Assembly (NCBI GenBank): GCA_963732075.1
Contig: CAVSYD010000003.1
Coordinates: 906,518-970,517 of the forward strand
Length of the DNA stretch: 64,000 nucleotides
Direction of reading: 5' to 3'
From: an uncultured Actinomycetes bacterium
GTDB taxonomy: Bacteria > Actinomycetota > Thermoleophilia > Gaiellales > JAICJC01
In this document: one piece after another, positions 59,853-64,000 of the stretch
Layout: the number at the start of each line of letters is the position of its first letter
Position numbering within the stretch: position 1 is the first letter of the stretch
The notes under the pieces: generated by a model
What the model saw: the letters and a program-made list of their open reading frames with translations, nothing else
What the model was told of the DNA's origin: nothing
Database searches by the model: none
Program-made: the position numbers and the translations under genes

Positions 59853-62800
59853 TCAAGCAGGGCCGGAATCGGAGAGGCTTGGCAGACTCCGCGTCAACGC
59901 GTCGGACAGATGTGACACGAGGGGTTCGTACATCATATCCCGATGATCCCCATCCACACCTATCACCGACAGCTGGCCAGTGATCAGCCGGGACCATCCC
60001 CTGACCGGATCGACCGGGGAACCCAGGCGGCGGGCCGCCTTGAAGTATGTGGCGTTCCCGTCGTAGGGCCAGGGCTGATACGTCGATGTCGCCCGCCGGC
60101 CGATCTGCCCCAACACCCCGATGTTCGACCATGCTGCGGATTGCCCCCGAACGGTGGCGTGCGCCCGACGAACCGCGGCAAACCGGCGAAGAGACCGGCG
60201 CACGACTCGCCGAGCCCTCCCCCGAAGGTCAACGACGAGCCAGCCTGGCACATTCCTCAGTGACGCCATCACGTCGGCGCGGCTGACGAAGTGCGACGGC
60301 AGTCCGGCGTCTATCAGTCCAAGAAACGCGACGCATTCCCCGTCTTCGACCAAGCGGCGAGCGAGTTCGAGAACGACGAGACCACCGAACGAGTAGCCTG
60401 CCAGAGCGTACGGACCGTTCGGCTGGGCCTCCCGGATCTGACTCAACTGATACTCGGCCATGTCCTCGACACGTCGGTCCGGCTGTTCCCCGTCAGCCAA
60501 ACCGCGCGACCGCAGTCCATACACACGGCGTTCCGTCGACATGTGTGCGGCCAGCGGCGCGAGCACGAGCACATCGCCGGCAACACCGGGCACGAGGAAG
60601 AGCGGCTGTTCGGGGCTGCCTTCCTTGAGCAAAACGAGTGACGATCGGACCGCTCCCGGCTCTTCACGGACGATCTCGGCGAGGGCGGCGATCGTGGGCG
60701 CCGTGATCAGCGTCGAGAGCGGCAGGCCGCGGCCCAAACGGTCATAGATCGCCTGAAACAGCGGCACCGCCAAGAGCGAGGTCCCGCCGATCTCGAAGAA
60801 ATTGTCGGAGCGGTCAATGGGAGAGACACCGAGCAACTGCTCCCAGATCGCGGTAAGTTCGCCCTCGATCGAAGGTGTGGGGTCGCTCGCCACCGGCGTC
60901 GGCCCGCTCCGGCCTTCCGCGGCAACCAGGAGCCGGATCGCCTCGAGGCACTCAGGGTTACGGAGCGCATCGACATTCGTGAGCCGTTCCCCGTTGAGGG
61001 TGTCGCGAGCGGCGCGCTCGGACCGTTTGGCGTTGTGAGTTGAGGGGAGTTCGGGCACTTGGGCAATGATCGATGGCACGTGCGCAGATGATGCCTCCCG
61101 AGCAAGAAGCGCACGGATACGCGCTTTGAGAGGTGGATCGAGGTCACATTGGTCGCGCATGACAAGGAGCAGCACGATCCTCGAGTCGCCCGCAGCAGTG
61201 CCGGTGCGCTGCTCAACGGCCATCGCCTCATCGATTTCGGGAATCCGCTGAAGGACGCGGTAGATCTCAGCCGGCCCGATCCGCATGCCGCGGACGTTCA
61301 AGACGCCATCGGATCGCCCCAGTACTCGCGCCGATCCGTCGGGTGTGAGTTCGATCAGGTCGCCGTGTGTCCATACCCCTGGGTTGGCTGCGAAGTACGC
61401 ATCATGAAAGCGGCCTCCCTCAGCGTCACCGTACAGACCCAGCGGGCGGGATGGGAAGGGGCTGCAGCACACCAACTCACCCACGGGCGAGTCCGCGGGC
61501 GCATTCGGTGAATGCAGCGTCTGGACATCGAGACCCAGACTGCGACACTGACTCTCGCCGCGGTAAACCGGAAGGTTCGGGTTGCCCAGCACGAAGCAGC
61601 CCACGATGTCAGTGCCACCGGAGATCGACTGAACCGGAAGCGAGCCAACATTACGCTCCACCCAATCGTATTGAGCGTCGTTGAGAACCGACCCGGTCGT
61701 GAGCACAGCTCGTAACGATTCGAGCGGCAACTCCTGCCGCGGGACGTAGCCACTGTCCTCGCACAGCCGCAGGTAGGGCGGGCTGGTGCCGAATACTGTC
61801 ACCCTCTCGGCGGCAACGATGCGCCATAGTGTCCCAGGGTCTGCGACGGGGCCATCGTAGACTACGATCTCGGCGCCGCAGGCGAGAGCGGACAGCTGCC
61901 AGTTCCACATCATCCATGCGGCGCTGGTTTGAAAAAACAGTTTGTCGCCGGGCCGAAGATCGCCGTGCAGGCGATGTTCCTTTATATGTTCAAGGAGCGT
62001 GCCGCCTGCCCCGTGGATGATGCACTTCGGCGGACCGGTCGTGCCTGACGAAAAAAGAATGAACAGCGGATGGTTGAACGGGAACCGGGTCCACGAGTGC
62101 TCGACGTTGGCGACGTGAGCATTCGCAGCAACGTCGGCCAAGCGGTGCACCGGGCATCCCAGTCCAGGCGGGACGACGCCGTCGTCGAGGATCACAACCG
62201 CTCGCAGCGAGGAGAGCCCGCGCACGACCGCGACCAGTCGCTCTCCGGCGGAAACCGACGACGTGTGCGTCTCGCCACCGAGAGTGACGATCAGGAGAGC
62301 CGGTTCGAGTTGCCCGAACCGGCTCAAGATCGCGTCTGCTCCCATCTCGGGTGCCGTGCTCGAAAAGGTGGCACCGACTGTGGCGCTCGCCAGCCCCGCA
62401 ATCAGGGCTTCGGCGCAGTTCGAGATAACGCTGACGATGCGGTCGCCGGGTTCTACCCCAAGCTCGACGAGCGAACCCGCGAGCGAGAGGACTCGATCGC
62501 GTAGCTCTCCCCGCGTGATTCGCTCGTTGGCGCCGGACGCATGCACCGCGGTCACGGCGGAGCGCTTCGCGTCTTCGGCCAAGTCAACACGCAGCAGATT
62601 CTCGGCGTAATTCAGATGAAGATTGGGGAAGAAGCGAGCTAGTTCGACGCTATCGCCGGCGCACACCGGTTGGTCGACCCCCTCACGGAGGATGTCCGAC
62701 CACGCGAGAAACAACCGCCAGAACAGTTCGGTACTCGTCGACCGAGAACCGGTAGAGAGCCTCCTCACCCGAGATCGATCGGCCCAACTCCGCCTCGCAG

Positions 62801-62913
62801 AACTGTCTGAACGCCGTCAGTTGAGAGGCCGCGACGACCTCCGGCGCTGGGCGAAATACGACGTCTCGGTCACGAGGCGGAGCGTCGGGTCCGGGTTCGA
62901 CCTTCGTCGCCAT
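59853..62913 (-). CDS. tri-domain enzyme: acetoacetyl-CoA-synthetase-like adenylation domain + carrier (thiolation) domain + thioesterase domain; one apparent frameshift near 62730
   Basis: - The N-terminus MATKVEP..LTAFRQFCE..YRFSVDE lies in ORF 62683..63000.
- AACS-type blocks: ELFWRLF, FILFSSGTTGPPKCIIH, AAWMMWNW, SGGTDI and THGDLIE..GRSDGVLNVRGMRIGPAEIY.
- Carrier motif: FFEIGGTSLLAV.
- Thioesterase motifs: PLFLVPGVAGDV and GYSFGG.
- The ATG shares one nucleotide with the PPTase stop. Confidence 0.85.
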
Positions 62914-63677
62914 CAGCCCGGGCCGCTGAAAGCGTGCATCGAGACGGCAGCCGCGGACAGCCTTTGCCGACTCGCGACCGCTGCGACGTATCCGGGCCAA
63001 GGCTTCAGCGACCGAAGCGTCCAGGCACCCGGATCGTCATCGGTCAAATTCAGCATGGAGGGGTAGGGGTTCTCGTCGACGGAGACGCAGAACCGGTCGA
63101 ACGGCAGTCCCAAACCCTGGCCAACCGCCTTGGCGTACGCCTCCTTGCGCGTCCAGCAGTTGAAGAACGCCTGGATTTTCGCGTCGCCCTGCTTCTCGCG
63201 GATCGCAAAAGCTTCCGCGGGCGCGAGGAACCGCTCGGCAATGCGATCGACATCTCCGATTGGCCACACCCGTTCGAGGTCGACACCCACGGGTACGGAT
63301 CGGCTGACGACAATCACGCACCGATCACCTGATCGCGAAAGGTTGAATTGGAGATCACCCTGTCCCGCGGTCAGGGACGGTTTGCCGAACTGCCCGCGTT
63401 CGAGACTGATGTCCACCGGCCGGCAACTCAGATATCCGGCCAGCACGGCTCGTGCGGCGACCTGTGACCCGTGCTTGAGCGTGCGCACCCGTTCCCGGGA
63501 GAGCGCCACGCCCGCCGCCACTCCCTCGTCTACATGTGCAGCGATCTCGACCCGCCAGACGTGGATCTCGCCGCGACTCAGCGCCCACGATCCTGGCGCT
63601 GGAAGGTACTCATCGCCACTGTCGATCGCGGTTTCAGCGAGATCAGTACCGAGCGCGCCAAGAATCGTCATCAGCAC
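62913..63677 (-). CDS. 4'-phosphopantetheinyl transferase, Sfp type
   Basis: Intact 254-aa ORF with blocks GQFGKPSL, FNLSRSGD, VGVDLE and WTRKEAYAKAVGQG. Confidence 0.85.
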   Translation of the reverse strand: MLMTILGALGTDLAETAIDSGDEYLPAPGSWALSRGEIHVWRVEIAAHVDEGVAAGVALSRERVRTLKHGSQVAARAVLAGYLSCRPVDISLERGQFGKPSLTAGQGDLQFNLSRSGDRCVIVVSRSVPVGVDLERVWPIGDVDRIAERFLAPAEAFAIREKQGDAKIQAFFNCWTRKEAYAKAVGQGLGLPFDRFCVSVDENPYPSMLNLTDDDPGAWTLRSLKPWPGYVAAVASRQRLSAAAVSMHAFSGPG

Positions 63678-63781
63678 CCGCCGAGCCCCCTACCGAGATG
63701 GACATGCCTACAACACTCAAATAGAGAGTGCCACCTCGTTCGGAACGTGTCAAGCTGCGGATCCAAATTCTCCCTGACGAA

Positions 63782-63820
63782 ACAACGGGGAGGCCCGCAA
63801 GCGTGGGGCCTCCCCGTTGT
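63782..63820 (-). terminator. strong hairpin (14-15 bp stem) downstream of the partial minus-strand gene and upstream of the PPTase operon
   Basis: ACAACGGGGAGGCC (63782-63795) pairs with GGCCTCCCCGTTGT (63807-63820). It starts 19 nt after the stop codon at 63839-63841. Confidence 0.6.
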
Positions 63821-63838
63821 GCAGACACCTGGCTGCTC

Positions 63839-64000
63839 TCAGTACCAGTTGTGCCAGGTGGTGCTGAAGCTGCTTCCAGCCGTCAAAGCCGACACGGTCG
63901 ACAGATCGTAGGCCGCGGTGGCGTCAACCATGATGCTCTTGTACTTGTTGGCTCCCGAGAAGCCGTTGATCGTGGTCGTGACACCGTGGGCGGTCTGTGA
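63839..64000 (-). CDS. C-terminal end of a hypothetical (probably secreted) protein (5' partial, runs off the window)
   Basis: Open from the window edge: SQTAHGVTTTINGFSGANKYKSIMVDATAAYDLSTVSALTAGSSFSTTWHNWY*. A strong hairpin follows. This ORF is not in the supplied ORF track. Confidence 0.4.
   Translation of the reverse strand, partial: SQTAHGVTTTINGFSGANKYKSIMVDATAAYDLSTVSALTAGSSFSTTWHNWY

Noticed and set aside
1-64000. CRISPR arrays, rRNA genes, IS elements/transposases, integrases, toxin-antitoxin or known defence systems
   Set aside because: I looked for regularly spaced repeats, terminal inverted repeats and recombinase or nuclease motifs on both strands and found none. The only repeats are the tRNA/TetR-derived direct repeats, the (CGCT)x5 repeat and the 15-nt palindrome pair.

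Overview
This is a high-GC, Actinomycetota-like chromosomal window, judged by many GTG starts, frequent stop/start overlaps and GC-rich third codon positions. It holds about 60 protein genes and one tRNA. I recognised no rRNA, CRISPR array, transposase or integrase.

Gene content, left to right:
- **1-2.8 kb:** cytochrome-c tail, Cof-type HAD hydrolase, serS and a lipoprotein.
- **2.8-6.0 kb:** tRNA-Ser(TGA) followed by a roughly 3 kb islet that looks less GC-rich. It carries a small membrane protein, an ApbE flavin transferase and a ferric-reductase-like membrane protein. The islet ends in a patchwork of gene fragments plus a 41-nt copy of the tRNA 3' half.
- **6-9.3 kb:** two secreted proteins, one with 13 BNR/Asp-boxes and one with a FlgD-like Ig tail.
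- **9.3-18.5 kb:** TetR, SDR, PUA/EVE-like protein, FAD enzymes and a large AAA-LuxR regulator.
- **18.8-26.2 kb:** OmpR/histidine-kinase pair, phosphoesterase, sarcosine-oxidase-like enzyme and a Kelch+NHL propeller protein.
- **26.2-34.5 kb:** membrane proteins, an R2lox-DUF1059 fusion, a SEC-C protein, CMD, the DUF1326/DUF2182/MOSC trio and small hypotheticals.
- **34.5-46.1 kb:** a sugar locus with 2 PfkB kinases, an ABC importer, a SIS isomerase, DeoR, GH4, a LacD-type aldolase and a secreted GH114. I read it as a polygalactosamine utilisation locus.
- **46.6-63.7 kb:** a Wzx/Wzy/Wzc surface-glycan locus. It carries two clear sulfotransferases plus one weak candidate. Its operon is headed by an Sfp-type PPTase coupled to an acetoacetyl-CoA-synthetase-like adenylation-carrier-thioesterase protein. 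This is the most unusual system in the window.

Major caveat: about 23 genes, mostly between 6 and 44 kb, can only be read full length after one or more single-nucleotide frame changes. The cause is either indel errors in the assembly or real gene decay, and I cannot tell which. Coordinates of the disrupted genes are therefore approximate.
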